Assembly: GCA_963825195.1 (NCBI GenBank)
Contig: CAWGSD010000002.1
Location: 1,308 to 65,307 of the forward strand
DNA: 64,000 bases
From: an uncultured Acidobacteriota bacterium
Lineage (GTDB): Bacteria; Acidobacteriota; Terriglobia; Terriglobales; Acidobacteriaceae
Reading direction: 5' to 3'
The translations under genes and the position numbers were made by a program. Positions 1 through 10,884 of this stretch are shown here, in pieces (within the stretch, counting starts at the first letter, position 1; every line of letters begins with the position of its first letter). The notes under the pieces were generated by a model. That model saw only the letters and a list, made by a program, of their open reading frames with translations. It was not told the origin of the DNA and searched no databases.

Positions 1-543
1 CGTGTCATCGTTTATCTGGAAGGGCCCGCTCCTCAGGACGAGCCCGGGCAGCGTATCACCGCGCGCATCGCACAAATCGACCGCCGCTTTTCGCCCGATC
101 TGGTGGTCATCCCCGCGGGATCGGCGGTCGTCTTCCCCAATGAGGATCCGATCTTCCACAACATCTTCTCCCTGTCCAAACCCATATCATTCGATCTCGG
201 CAGTTACGATAAAGGCGAATCGCGTACTGTCCAGTTTCCCCGAGCTGGAGTCGTTGACGTTTATTGCCACCTCCACCCCAACATGACCGCCACCGTTGTG
301 GTCACGCCGAACCGCTGGTACGCGCGCTCCGATCCATCCGGCCAGTACCGCATTCCCGATGTCCCGCCGGGTAGATATACCGTCGTCGCCTGGCACAAAT
401 ACGCCGGCCTATTTCGCAAATCGATTGTGGTGGAACCTGGCCACGATGCCACGGTTGACTTCTTCATTCCTCTCGAGGCCGATCATGGGCAGGAGGAGTC
501 TTCGGGCAAAGATGACGCCTCATCCGTCGGGACATCGCAGTGA
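1..543 (+). CDS. cupredoxin-like protein (amicyanin-type Cu-site spacing) with C-terminal CarboxypepD_reg-like beta-sandwich; 5' end outside window
   Basis: Frame 1 is open from base 1; track ORF 103..543 begins at an internal GTG. FHN ... YCHLHPNM gives His ... Cys-x2-His-x2-Met, as in amicyanin type-1 Cu ligands. This is followed by SGQYRIPDVPPGRYTVVAW. Stop TGA 541-543 overlaps the next start (GTGA). Confidence 0.65.
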   Translation, partial: RVIVYLEGPAPQDEPGQRITARIAQIDRRFSPDLVVIPAGSAVVFPNEDPIFHNIFSLSKPISFDLGSYDKGESRTVQFPRAGVVDVYCHLHPNMTATVVVTPNRWYARSDPSGQYRIPDVPPGRYTVVAWHKYAGLFRKSIVVEPGHDATVDFFIPLEADHGQEESSGKDDASSVGTSQ

Positions 544-2207
544 TCACCCGCTTCAGCACCCGCGCCTTTCTTATCTGTTTTGTATCTTTTGCCGTCCTGC
601 TCGGCGGCAGCTTCTGGACCATCCAGCGCTTCGTGCACGCGGCGGTGCGGGATGGTCTGCGCGGGTCACTGCGGCAGAATCAGCAGGCAATCGCCAAAAT
701 CCACGCCAAAGGCGATCTTCAGAACAGCCGCTTTCTCAAAATCGCAGGAGAGAACGCGGCTCTTAAGGCGGGAATGCAGCTCCTGCTGTCCAACCGCGGT
801 AATGATGCAGCGCGCCGGACTGTGGAAGATCAGCTCCGCGAGCTAGGCGAACACATGGGCTTCGACTTCCTTCTTGTCTCAGGCCCCAATGGCTCGCCGC
901 TAGCCGCTGTCGTGCGGCAGGCCGCTGCCGGTTCCTCATCCGCAACGGAACTGGTGCCCCTTAATCCGGCTGCACTTGATCGCATTCCTGCCGGCCTCCT
1001 GAACTTCGAAGGGCGCACTTTCCAGGTGGCCTCCATTGCCCTCGATCAGGAAGACGAGAACCTGGGGTCTCTCTCCGTTGGTGAATATTTCGACCTTTCC
1101 GAATTCACCACCGCCGCCGTTCTCATGCGCAACGGCAAAGTCATTCAGTCCAACCTTTCAGGCATCGCTCTGCAATCTCTCGACGACGCCCTCGCATCCT
1201 GCGGCAGGGTCTCCGAATGCGACCTGCAGCTCCGCGGCGATCACTGGGTCTCGCTGCCCATGCAGTCCTGGGGCAACGGCTATCTGCTTCGAACCCTCGA
1301 GAACGTGGATCGCGCTCTCGTTCCCGTTCAGACTCGGCTCCGACGCCTCTTTCTCACTCTGGGGATAGTCAGCGCCCTGATCGCGCTGCTTTGCAGCCTC
1401 GGTTCGTCGCGCTCGATCGTGCAGCCCCTCGCGGCCGTCGTATCCCACCTGCGTCAAGCTGTCGCAACCGGTGTCCTCGTCGAATTTCGCGCGCCGCCTT
1501 CCACCATTGTCGAGATTCGCGAACTCATCGAAATCTACAACCATGCAGCCACCTCTGTCCGCACCGCCGGAGAAAGCCTGGAGACAGCGTATCTCGAATT
1601 TGTTGGTTCTCTGGCCAGCGCCCTCGACGCCCGCGATCAGTACACATCCGGCCACAGCTGGCGCGTCTGTCATCTGTCGTGCGCGCTGGCCGCGGCTCTT
1701 GGCCTGCCCGCCGAAGACGTGGCGCGCATCCGCATTGGAGCGCTCCTTCACGATATTGGGAAAATCGGTATCGCCGACCGCGTGCTTCAGAAGCCGGGCC
1801 GCCTCACCGACGAAGAATGGGCTGTCGTGAGGGAACATCCGGGTATAGGCCGTCGCATTCTCGAAGGCGTTCACGGCTTCGCGCCCTATCTTTCCGCCGT
1901 CGAACTGCACCACGAGAATTGGGACGGGACCGGCTATCCCAAAGGACAGTCCGGCGAAGAAACCCCCATCGACGCCCGCATCATTCACGTGGCCGATGCC
2001 TACGACGCTATGACCACCGATCGCTCCTACCGCCGCGCGCTGACACACGAGAGAGCCGTCTCGATCCTGCGGGAGAATACCGGTCGCCAGTTCGATCCCC
2101 GGATCGTGGAGTCCTTGCTCACCCTGTTCGAGGACGGCGCCGCGCTTCCGGCCCTGGGATTCTCCGGGCATCCAGCGCCACTCACTGACCTCGCAGGTGT
2201 CGTATGA
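540..2207 (+). CDS. membrane HD-GYP domain phosphodiesterase (c-di-GMP signalling) with about 250-aa periplasmic region between two TM helices
   Basis: 555-aa ORF. C-terminal HDIGKIGI ... HHENWDGTGYP signatures. Hydrophobic helices AFLICFVSFAVLLGGSFWTI and LFLTLGIVSALIALLCSLG. GTG 540 overlaps the upstream stop. Confidence 0.9.
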   Translation: MITRFSTRAFLICFVSFAVLLGGSFWTIQRFVHAAVRDGLRGSLRQNQQAIAKIHAKGDLQNSRFLKIAGENAALKAGMQLLLSNRGNDAARRTVEDQLRELGEHMGFDFLLVSGPNGSPLAAVVRQAAAGSSSATELVPLNPAALDRIPAGLLNFEGRTFQVASIALDQEDENLGSLSVGEYFDLSEFTTAAVLMRNGKVIQSNLSGIALQSLDDALASCGRVSECDLQLRGDHWVSLPMQSWGNGYLLRTLENVDRALVPVQTRLRRLFLTLGIVSALIALLCSLGSSRSIVQPLAAVVSHLRQAVATGVLVEFRAPPSTIVEIRELIEIYNHAATSVRTAGESLETAYLEFVGSLASALDARDQYTSGHSWRVCHLSCALAAALGLPAEDVARIRIGALLHDIGKIGIADRVLQKPGRLTDEEWAVVREHPGIGRRILEGVHGFAPYLSAVELHHENWDGTGYPKGQSGEETPIDARIIHVADAYDAMTTDRSYRRALTHERAVSILRENTGRQFDPRIVESLLTLFEDGAALPALGFSGHPAPLTDLAGVV

Positions 2208-3304
2208 CGCTGTGCAGACACGTCCTCCTCCTGTTGTGTCTGCTCTGGACAGCCCCCTGTCTTTCCCCAGTCTTCGGCCAGGAAGAAGCCGGTTCCGGGC
2301 TTGATCTTCGTGGCACGATCACCGGCGAAGCCATCGCATCGCCGGAACTCACCGACCCGCCTCGCTCCGGATCACCAGTAGTGGCGGGATTCCGCTCCAT
2401 CCTCTATCCAAACTGGAAACTCAATGGGAACTGGAGTGCTTCCGGGGCGTACCAGTTCGTCACCCGGCCCTATTTCTACGGCGATCTCTCCACGACGTCT
2501 TATGGAGCAAAAGGCTATATCCTGCAGGCCACTCTGAACTACGCGCGGGTCTCCGACAAGGGTTCTCTGCTGGTGCGTTCCGGCGTGCTCTCATCGGCCT
2601 TCGGGTCCTTTCTGTTGCGCTACGACGATGCCGACAATGCCCTCATCGATATGCCGCTGGAATATGGCTATTACTACGCGCCCGTTTCCTTTCTCGGTCT
2701 CGCCGGCGCGCAAATCGATGTCACCCGCGGCAAGTGGGACGGCCGCCTGCAGTTCGCCAACTCCTCTCCGTCGAATCCGCGCAGCCTGTTTGCCCGCGAC
2801 CAATACGGCAACTGGGCCGGTGGTGGTGGCTACACCATTCGCCAGGGCCTTCGCGTAGGAGCGTCTGCATATCGCGGACCTTACCTCGATCGCCACGACG
2901 AGTACTTCCTGCCCGGTGAGTCTAACCCCAGTAAGCTTCCTTCTCATGGCGTGGGCGCCGATGCGGCATGGACCTGTCGGCATACCACAATGCAGGGTGA
3001 GTGGCAACGGTTTGTCATGCACTACACCGTCATTCCCGCATTCCGTGAATCGGCAGGCTATGTGGAGGGTAGGCAGGTGCTCGCTCCGCGCTGGTCTCTT
3101 GCTGCCCGCGCCGGATTCACCAACCCCTCCGCCGGATCTGGTGCGCGCAGTCTTGAGGTCGCCTCCACATACCGCACCAATCGCTTCCAGCTCCTCAAGT
3201 TCGGCTACGAGCTTCGCCATTACACGAGCGGCAACTCAAGCGACGATCACATTGTCGGCATCCAGTTCGTCACAACGCTGCACATGGCCGCCGCACAGAG
3301 GTGA
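2204..3304 (+). CDS. secreted protein, probable outer-membrane beta-barrel of unknown function
   Basis: 366-aa ORF. ATG 2204 overlaps the HD-GYP stop (ATGA). N-terminal signal-like LLLLCLLWTAPCLSPVFGQ. Aromatic/Gly-rich alternating composition typical of barrels. No family recognised. Confidence 0.5.
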   Translation: MTLCRHVLLLLCLLWTAPCLSPVFGQEEAGSGLDLRGTITGEAIASPELTDPPRSGSPVVAGFRSILYPNWKLNGNWSASGAYQFVTRPYFYGDLSTTSYGAKGYILQATLNYARVSDKGSLLVRSGVLSSAFGSFLLRYDDADNALIDMPLEYGYYYAPVSFLGLAGAQIDVTRGKWDGRLQFANSSPSNPRSLFARDQYGNWAGGGGYTIRQGLRVGASAYRGPYLDRHDEYFLPGESNPSKLPSHGVGADAAWTCRHTTMQGEWQRFVMHYTVIPAFRESAGYVEGRQVLAPRWSLAARAGFTNPSAGSGARSLEVASTYRTNRFQLLKFGYELRHYTSGNSSDDHIVGIQFVTTLHMAAAQR

Positions 3305-3471
3305 CGGACTTATCCGGTGGGGCCCCGACTTTACGAGTTCGAGATGTGGAATCGGGGTGGGCGTTGGACATTAGAGTTCACCAATTTCGAAAAGTGAAAT
3401 GACCTTGTTTCCGGCAAATGGTTCTCGGCTCCTGCCTGCTCCGGAGAATTCTATTTCGTACGATCCAGGCA

Positions 3472-3963
3472 TTATTCGAGGCGCAGATTCTCGTAGTTTC
3501 GGCCCAGCTCGTTGCAGAGGGCTTCAACGACCAGTTCGTGGTCGGCGCGCTGCGGAAGTCCGGAGACGGTGATTGCGCCGATAACGCCGGCATGGTGTAC
3601 GCACAGCGGGAAACTGCCGCCGTGGGCGGCGTAATCGGTCAGGGGCAAGCCGTAACGCTCGGACAGCGTGGATTGCTTCTGCTCCATCTTGAGGCCTACC
3701 GCATAGGAACTGCGGTGGAAGCGCAGCGCGACGTTGCTCTTGCGGCGGACCCATTCCGGATTGTCGGGAGTCGTGCCCGGCATGGCGGCGTAGAAGAGCG
3801 GCTGCGCGGGGCGGCGAATATCGATGACGATGCGCAGAGTGCGCTCGGTGGCCATCGCGTGCAGGCGCGAGCCGAGCCGCCACGCAGTTACTTCATCGAA
3901 GGCAGAGAGCTGCAGTTGCTGTTCCTGCAGGGCGATACGGGCAAGATCGTCGGAAATAGCCAT
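3472..3963 (-). CDS. UPF0303 family / heme-degrading (GlcG/DUF336-like) domain protein
   Basis: 163 aa. [12 protein letters not shown]....AW.LG ... GGSFPL ... [24 protein letters not shown] is near-colinear with UPF0303 proteins of proteobacteria. Confidence 0.8.
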   Translation of the reverse strand: MAISDDLARIALQEQQLQLSAFDEVTAWRLGSRLHAMATERTLRIVIDIRRPAQPLFYAAMPGTTPDNPEWVRRKSNVALRFHRSSYAVGLKMEQKQSTLSERYGLPLTDYAAHGGSFPLCVHHAGVIGAITVSGLPQRADHELVVEALCNELGRNYENLRLE

Positions 3964-4038
3964 GAAGCTTCAGCGAACACTGTAGCATCCCGACGCGCCG
4001 CGGCTCATGAGAGCCGTAGTGGATGGTCTCCGGCGGTC

Positions 4039-6584
4039 TTACTCCTCGCGCAGAACTTCGAGCGGCTTCTGTCCCAGGATATGAAAGCTGGCGATCCAGC
4101 CGGTGGCGACGGCGAGAACGGCGGTACCGGCGACAGCGGCCAGAGATCCGCGGACATTGTGCTGAAAGGCCACGTCCATTTTATGGAGCAGGATGCGAGT
4201 AAGCACGTTGGCGAAGACGGCACCGACGGCGCCGGCCAGCAGGCCCAGCACCACAAATTCGACGCTGAAGACGGTTGCGATGCGCCGCCGGGTGGCTCCC
4301 AGGGTCTTGAGCACGACCACTTCGCGGATGCGCCGGAAGCGAGTGCTGGCGATACTGGAGGCGAGGATGATGAGGCCGGAGAGGATGGAGAAAGCAGCGA
4401 GGAATCGGATCACCATGGTGATCTGATCGACGACGCTTTGTATAGTGTCGAGGATGTCGGCGATGTTGATAACGGTCACCGTGGGATAGACAGCAAAGAG
4501 AGCACGCTCGACCGCAGGGATGGCCTCGGGCTTCGCATGGACGTCGCCGTACCAGACAGCGGGCTGATCGGCGAGGAGCGCGTGGGGAAGGATAAATTCG
4601 CTGCGCGCGAAGGCGTGCTCACCGATGATTTTGTAGATTGCGGTGACTTTGACCGGGATTTCTTTCTCGCCGGCCATGAAGGTGATCTGCGAGCCGACTT
4701 TGAGGTGCAGGCGATCAGCAACGCGATCGACCACAGCCAGGCCGGTCTGGTCTTTGGCGGACCACCACCTCCCTTCCGCGACTTTGGTGCCCGCGGGAAC
4801 TTCGTCGGACCAGGTGACGGAGACGGAGCGCAGCAGACGCTTCGGGTAATTCTTCACACGGAGCTGATCGACGGGTGTGCCGTCGATGGAGTCGATGCGG
4901 GCTGACACGACAGGAACCGCTTCCAGTTGGTGGATGACGCCGGCCTGCCTTTCGAGCAGAGCGCGGATGCCTGGCAGTTCGTCGGTGCTCATGTCGATAA
5001 GGAAGAGGTTCGGAGTATCGGGCTTTACATCTTCGTGCAGGGCGCCCACGATGGAGCGCTGCATAAGAAAGACGCTGAGGATGAGCATGACGCCGGCTCC
5101 CAGAGCCGCAAGGACCGCCGCGGACTGATTGCCGGGGCGGTAGAGATTAGCGAGGCCATGGCGCACCGCCGAGTGCAGGTGCAGACGGGTGCGGGAGAGA
5201 AAAGCGCGGAGCGTACGCAGGGTGACCGCGGAGAGGGCGAGGATGAAGAGCAGCAGTCCGCTGAGGCAGGCGGCAAACCATTTGCCGACGAGCAGCGAGT
5301 CGGAGAGCGCGGCAGCGATGCCGCCGAGTCCCGCAAGAATGATGATGACGGAGGCGAACTGAAGCTTATGCTCGCGCAGCCAGCCGCGCCATCCCGCACC
5401 GTCGCCGGATTCGACCATCTTGCGCAGCACCAGGCTGGGGCGAACGAGGCGCACGTCGAGCAGCGGCGGCAGGCAGAAGAGAACGGTGGTGAGGATGCCG
5501 GTGCCGAGGGCAGCGAGGACGGGATTCAGGGGCAGGCGAATGTCAGGGTGGATGGGAAGCAATTTGCCGAGGACCGCTGGGAAGGCGTATTCGACGCCAA
5601 CGCCGAGGACAATACCGATGAGCGCTCCGACAATGCCAAGGAACAGTGTCTGTAACAAATAGATGCGGAGGATGTCGGCGGAGCGGGCACCGATGGACTT
5701 CATGATGGCGAGAATTTCGATCCGCTGCTGCAGGTGGGCGCGCATGGCCATGCCTACGCCGATCGCGCCCAGCACCATGGCCACGAGGCAGATGAGGCTG
5801 AGCAGGCCGGTGGCGCGATCGACGCCCTCGGTGAGGGCGGGGCTGGTCTCGCGGAAATCGGTGACCTGGGCTTCGGGCAGGATCTTCTCGATTTGCGCGC
5901 GGACGTCGGCAACTTTCTGTTTGTCTCCGATGGCAAAGAGGTAGCGCTCGGTAGCACGGCTGCCTGGCTGGAGGAGGCCGGTTTCCTCCATGGCCTGGCG
6001 GGTCATCATGACGCGCGGTCCGAGGCCGACGCCGGCGGTCATGCGGTCGGGCTCGCGCACGATGACGGCTGCGATGCGAAACCAGCGACCGCCGATCTTG
6101 AGCTGGTCCCCGGCTTTGGCGCGGAGGCGGACGAGGAGGTTGTCGTCGACGACGACGGTTGAGTCAGTGAGCGCATCGCGCAGGCTGGAGGCAGGCGCGA
6201 GAATCACGTTTCCGTAGAAGGGATACTGCGAGGGGTCGACGGCTTTGAGAGTGACGAGCAGCGGCACAGGATCGCTCTGCACCATGGCCATGGATACGGT
6301 TTCGGTGACGACGGTGCGGCGCACGCCCTGCGCGGCGAGTGCTTCGAGCTGCTTGTTCTCTTCGGGCGTTGCCTGGCGGAACATGCGCGCGGAAAGGTCG
6401 CCGGCCATGATGCTGCGCGCCTGCAGCAGGAGCGCGCGCTGGAAGGACTGGCTGAATCCACGGACGCCGGTGAGCGCAGCGACGCCCACCGCGACAGAGA
6501 GCAGGACGAAGAGGAATTTAGTCTTGCCGGCGCGCAGTTCGCGCCAGGCGATGCGGGAGGCGGTGGACCAGGGGAGTGCGGGCT

Positions 6585-6588
<4 letters not shown>
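4039..6588 (-). CDS. ybbP: ABC transporter permease, FtsX-like duplicated (YbbP type)
   Basis: 849 aa. N-terminal RIAWRELRAGKTKFLFVLLSVAVGVAALTGV and two FtsX-type TM bundles. 4-nt overlap with the upstream ATPase gene. Synteny with tesA. Confidence 0.85.
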
Positions 6589-7331
<743 letters not shown>

Positions 7332-7364
7332 TTCTTCAGGTTCCCTGATTGTTAGACTAACGGT

Positions 7365-7991
7365 GTGTTGCGCCGAATTGCGATTTTTGCCGCCGCGCTG
7401 CTCTGGCTGCCTCTACTCTGTTACGCTGCGCCGGTGCGGTCTGTTCCCGTGGTTGACTGCTTTGGCGACAGCATTACGGCGGGGTACGGGGTCGAACCAG
7501 GCCACAGCTATCCCGACGATCTGCAGGCGGTGCTCAACAGCCGTGGCTATCACTACCGCGTTGTCAATTCGGGCATCAGCGGCAATACCAGTAAAGACGG
7601 GGTGGACCGGCTGAAAGACGTGCTGCGGCTGCATCCGGCGGTGGTGATCGTGGAGTTTGGCGGCAACGACGGACTGCGCGGGGTGCCCATCGATGAAACG
7701 CGGCGTAATCTGGGCGTCATTGTTTCCACCATTCTGCAGAGCGGCAGCAAGGTGCTGCTGGCGGGAATTACGCTGCCACCGAATTACGGCGCCGACTACA
7801 TCCACCAATTCGATGAGACGTACCACCTGATCGCGGCAAAATATCACGTGCCGCTGCTGCCCGAGCTGTACGCCAACGTGTACACCGTGCCGGGCGCGAT
7901 CCAGGACGACGGGGTTCATCCCACGGCAAAAGGCGCGGCGCTGCTGGCCAACAATTTTCTGCCGCTGCTGCTGCCGATGCTGCACAAATAG
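7365..7991 (+). CDS. tesA: SGNH/GDSL arylesterase - acyl-CoA thioesterase I / lysophospholipase L1 type
   Basis: 208 aa with signal peptide. GDSITAGYG block I, GGNDGLR block III, DGVHP block V. Confidence 0.85.
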   Translation: MLRRIAIFAAALLWLPLLCYAAPVRSVPVVDCFGDSITAGYGVEPGHSYPDDLQAVLNSRGYHYRVVNSGISGNTSKDGVDRLKDVLRLHPAVVIVEFGGNDGLRGVPIDETRRNLGVIVSTILQSGSKVLLAGITLPPNYGADYIHQFDETYHLIAAKYHVPLLPELYANVYTVPGAIQDDGVHPTAKGAALLANNFLPLLLPMLHK

Positions 7992-8092
7992 GCAGCAACT
8001 ATCGCGCAGGCGGTGTGTTTCCTCGTGTGAGCGCGGCCGGCAAGGAAAGATCGCAACAAGCCGGCCGCAGGAAGACGAAGGAGACCCACGCT

Positions 8093-8413
8093 ATGAAACT
8101 CACTATTTTTACTGCCGCAGTTCTCGGCCTTTCGACCACGCTTGGCATGTGCCAGAGCGCGCCGACAATCAACCAGCGCAAACAGAACCAGCAGGAGCGC
8201 ATCGGGCAGGGCGTACGCAGCGGTCAACTCACCGCGCGCGAGACGCGCAATCTGGAGCGTCGCGAGGTTTCGATCAATCACGAAGAGCACGCCATGCGGA
8301 GAGCCGATAACGGCCATCTGACCCGGGCAGATCGCGCCACGCTGACTCGCCGGCAGAACCGGACCTCGCGCGCCATCTATCGCGACAAGCACAACGCCGC
8401 ACGGCGGTCGTAA
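8093..8413 (+). CDS. small secreted basic protein, unknown function
   Basis: ATG 8093 is preceded by GGAGA. Signal peptide MKLTIFTAAVLGLSTTLGMCQS. The track ORF starts earlier at 8015, but that N-terminus has no RBS. Confidence 0.6.
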   Translation: MKLTIFTAAVLGLSTTLGMCQSAPTINQRKQNQQERIGQGVRSGQLTARETRNLERREVSINHEEHAMRRADNGHLTRADRATLTRRQNRTSRAIYRDKHNAARRS

Positions 8414-8428
8414 ATCCGGTCGTCAGGA

Positions 8429-8460
8429 TCGCAGCCGCAGGCCCGCACCAGCGGCTGCGA
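8429..8460. terminator. perfect 10-bp GC-rich hairpin between convergent genes (possible bidirectional terminator)
   Basis: TCGCAGCCGC - 12 nt - GCGGCTGCGA. No U-tract on either strand. Confidence 0.35.
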
Positions 8461-8485
8461 GACCGTGGGCCGCTCCGCACAAGTC

Positions 8486-9361
8486 CTATAGCAAAACGAC
8501 AAAGGGCTGAAACAGAGTGCCGGCAATGCGGCGGCCGACAGCTGCCAGTTCGCGCTGTCCGGCGAAGATCTTTACCTGAGCAGCGCCGGAGTATTCGGGC
8601 AAATTGATCTGCATACCGTTACGAATACGGCCGATGGTGTGCTCGTCGGCGGTGACGGCGGGCATCTCCGGCAACAAGGTTCGCGGATGAGGCAGGTGCC
8701 GCTGGAGGGCACCAGCCACGCTCAGGGCTTCGACTTCTTCGAGCGGCAGGGCATGCTCCAGAGTGAAAGGACCGGCGGCGGTGCGACGCAGGCTGGCCAG
8801 ATGAGCTCCGCAGCCGAGCGACTGGCCCATTTCATGGGCGATGGAGCGGACATAGCCGCCGGCGGAGATGGTCATGGTGAAACTGGCGGCATCGCCGTGG
8901 AGCGAGTCAATAGTAAACAGTTCGACGGTGATGCGGGCCGGCTTCAGCTCGGGCGTTTTCCCTTCGCGCGCCAGCTTGTAGGCAGGCTTTCCCTGAATTT
9001 TTTTGGCCGAGTAGGGCGGCGGCATCTGCTCGATGGTGCCGCGGAAGCGCGCAGCTTCTTTGCGAAGAGATTCCAGCGTCAGAGCGACGGGCTGCGGCTC
9101 GCCCACGGGTTGGCCTTCGGCGTCATAGGTGTCGGTGGCAAAGCCGAAGCGGATGGTCCCGGTATAGGCCTTCTCGCCGGCGTTGAAGAACTGCGCGAGG
9201 CGCGTGTACTTACCGAGCAGCAGGGGCAGAACGCCGGTGGCCATGGGGTCGAGGGTGCCGAGGTGGCCGATGGAGGACTCGCCCGTAGCGCGGCGCACCC
9301 GCGCCACCACGTCGTGCGAAGTGATGCCGGCCGGCTTGTCAACGACGAGCAGCCCGTTCAC
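8486..9361 (-). CDS. truB: tRNA pseudouridine(55) synthase
   Basis: [17 protein letters not shown] ... [19 protein letters not shown] motifs. I place the start at GTG 9361, which overlaps the folE stop (GTGA). The track ORF extends to 9493, inside folE. Confidence 0.85.
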   Translation of the reverse strand: MNGLLVVDKPAGITSHDVVARVRRATGESSIGHLGTLDPMATGVLPLLLGKYTRLAQFFNAGEKAYTGTIRFGFATDTYDAEGQPVGEPQPVALTLESLRKEAARFRGTIEQMPPPYSAKKIQGKPAYKLAREGKTPELKPARITVELFTIDSLHGDAASFTMTISAGGYVRSIAHEMGQSLGCGAHLASLRRTAAGPFTLEHALPLEEVEALSVAGALQRHLPHPRTLLPEMPAVTADEHTIGRIRNGMQINLPEYSGAAQVKIFAGQRELAAVGRRIAGTLFQPFVVLL

Positions 9362-10008
9362 AACTGTGCGTTGGCGCGCTCCCGGATGAGGGAAAGGAAC
9401 TCCGCGCGGGTATTCTGCTTCTGAAAGACGCCGACCATGGCCGAGGTGACGGTGGAGGAGTTTTGCTTCTCGACGCCGCGCATCATCATGCACAGATGGC
9501 GCGCCTCGATGACCACGCCCACACCCTGAGGATGGATGGCTTCCTGAATGGCTTCAGCGATCTGCCGCGTCATCCGCTCCTGCACCTGCAGGCGGCGAGC
9601 GAAGACTTCCACGAGGCGCGGCACTTTACTGAGGCCGATCACCTTGCCGTTGGGAATGTAGGCTACGTGCACTTTGCCAAAGAAGGGCAGCATGTGGTGC
9701 TCGCAGAGGGAGTACATTTCGACGTCTTTTACGATGACCATCTCGTCGTAGTCGACGTCGAAGAGGGCGCCGCGCAGGATCGCATTCGGATCTTCTTTGT
9801 AGCCCTTGGTGAGGAATTCGATGGCCTTCTCCATGCGCTCGGGTGTGCGTTCCAAGCCGTCGCGGGTGGGATCATCATCGTAGCGGCGGATGATCTCGCG
9901 ATAAATATCCTGAGTGGAGACATGCTCGAGGCCGGTGGTGCCGATGATCTCGGCGTCCAGCTTGTCTTTGGCCGGCGGTTCAGCCGGGTGGAATGTTGCT
10001 CTTGCCAT
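9358..10008 (-). CDS. folE: GTP cyclohydrolase I
   Basis: 216 aa. [56 protein letters not shown]. Confidence 0.95.
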   Translation of the reverse strand: MARATFHPAEPPAKDKLDAEIIGTTGLEHVSTQDIYREIIRRYDDDPTRDGLERTPERMEKAIEFLTKGYKEDPNAILRGALFDVDYDEMVIVKDVEMYSLCEHHMLPFFGKVHVAYIPNGKVIGLSKVPRLVEVFARRLQVQERMTRQIAEAIQEAIHPQGVGVVIEARHLCMMMRGVEKQNSSTVTSAMVGVFQKQNTRAEFLSLIRERANAQL

Positions 10009-10012
10009 GGGT

Positions 10013-10468
10013 TTACCTTTGTCCTTCTGCCTGCCTCGTTTGAGATGCGGGAGCAGAGGCGCGGTCGCTGCTGAACTCGAAAAAGTTGTTAGAGGTCTCT
10101 TCGACGCGCACCGTCAGCCTCTGCGCCCGGGGTAAAGCCCTGCGCAGCCTCCGTTCGATCTCGATGCAGAGATTTTCGGTGGTGGGAACGACGCCGCGGA
10201 AAGCTTGAAGCGTATTCAGATTCACGTGGTCGAAGGGTTGCAGTACCTCCCTGTCCACGCACGTGTCGAGGTCAACCAGATTCACGACCATGCCGGTCCC
10301 GGGATCGATAGTGCCTCCGATGATGACTTCGACGACGTAATTGTGTCCATGCCCGTGGGGATTCGCGCACTTGCCATACACTGATTGATTCTGCGCGTCG
10401 CTGAAGGACGCAGAGAAGAGGCGGTGCGAGGCGCTAAGCCGGTAGCGGCGGCCAAGATAGGCCTTCAT
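10013..10468 (-). CDS. 6-pyruvoyl-tetrahydropterin synthase family protein (COG0720), eukaryote-like PTPS-II motif
   Basis: SASHRL ... [15 protein letters not shown] (Cys-x5-HGH) ... TTEN. Confidence 0.85.
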   Translation of the reverse strand: MKAYLGRRYRLSASHRLFSASFSDAQNQSVYGKCANPHGHGHNYVVEVIIGGTIDPGTGMVVNLVDLDTCVDREVLQPFDHVNLNTLQAFRGVVPTTENLCIEIERRLRRALPRAQRLTVRVEETSNNFFEFSSDRASAPASQTRQAEGQR

Positions 10469-10884
10469 GCTTCACCGTAAAAATCTGCGAAGAGGTCGGG
10501 CAGTTCGTAGACGCGCACGCGATGCAGGCGGACTCCGGGGATCTTGCCGTCGAGGCGGCGCCAGATGGCCACGGCGATGTTCTCGGTCGTGGGTATTGCG
10601 GTTTTGAACTCGGGAACCTCGAGGTTAAGGTGCCGGTGGTCGTAGGCAACGATCACTTCCCTGTCCATGACATCCTTCAGCTGTTTGAGGTCGACGACGA
10701 AGCCGGTAACGGGATCAACCTCGCCAGCGACGGTGACTTCCAGGGTGTAATTGTGACCGTGCCCGTTACGATTGGCGCATTTGCCGAAGACGCGTTGGTT
10801 CTCTTCGGGGGTCCACGCGTCGTTCCAGTAGAAGTGGGACGCGGAAAATTCGGCCTTGCGGGTCAACAAAATCATAGCTGTCAT
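10465..10884 (-). CDS. second 6-pyruvoyl-tetrahydropterin synthase family paralogue
   Basis: Start ATG 10884 (MTAMILLTRK) overlaps the GT2 stop (ATGA); the track ORF runs further upstream. FSASHFY ... VFGKCANRNGHGHNY ... TTEN. Confidence 0.85.
   Translation of the reverse strand: MTAMILLTRKAEFSASHFYWNDAWTPEENQRVFGKCANRNGHGHNYTLEVTVAGEVDPVTGFVVDLKQLKDVMDREVIVAYDHRHLNLEVPEFKTAIPTTENIAVAIWRRLDGKIPGVRLHRVRVYELPDLFADFYGEA

Noticed and set aside
3418-4905. Long ORFs antisense to well-supported genes: 3418..4905, 12612..13988, 18739..20052, 24346..25695, 34952..36625, 45599..46663, 56187..58097 and 61934..62794.
   Set aside because: All are shadow ORFs opposite genes with clear family motifs. They show Gly/Ala/Arg/Asp-rich composition and lack RBS support.
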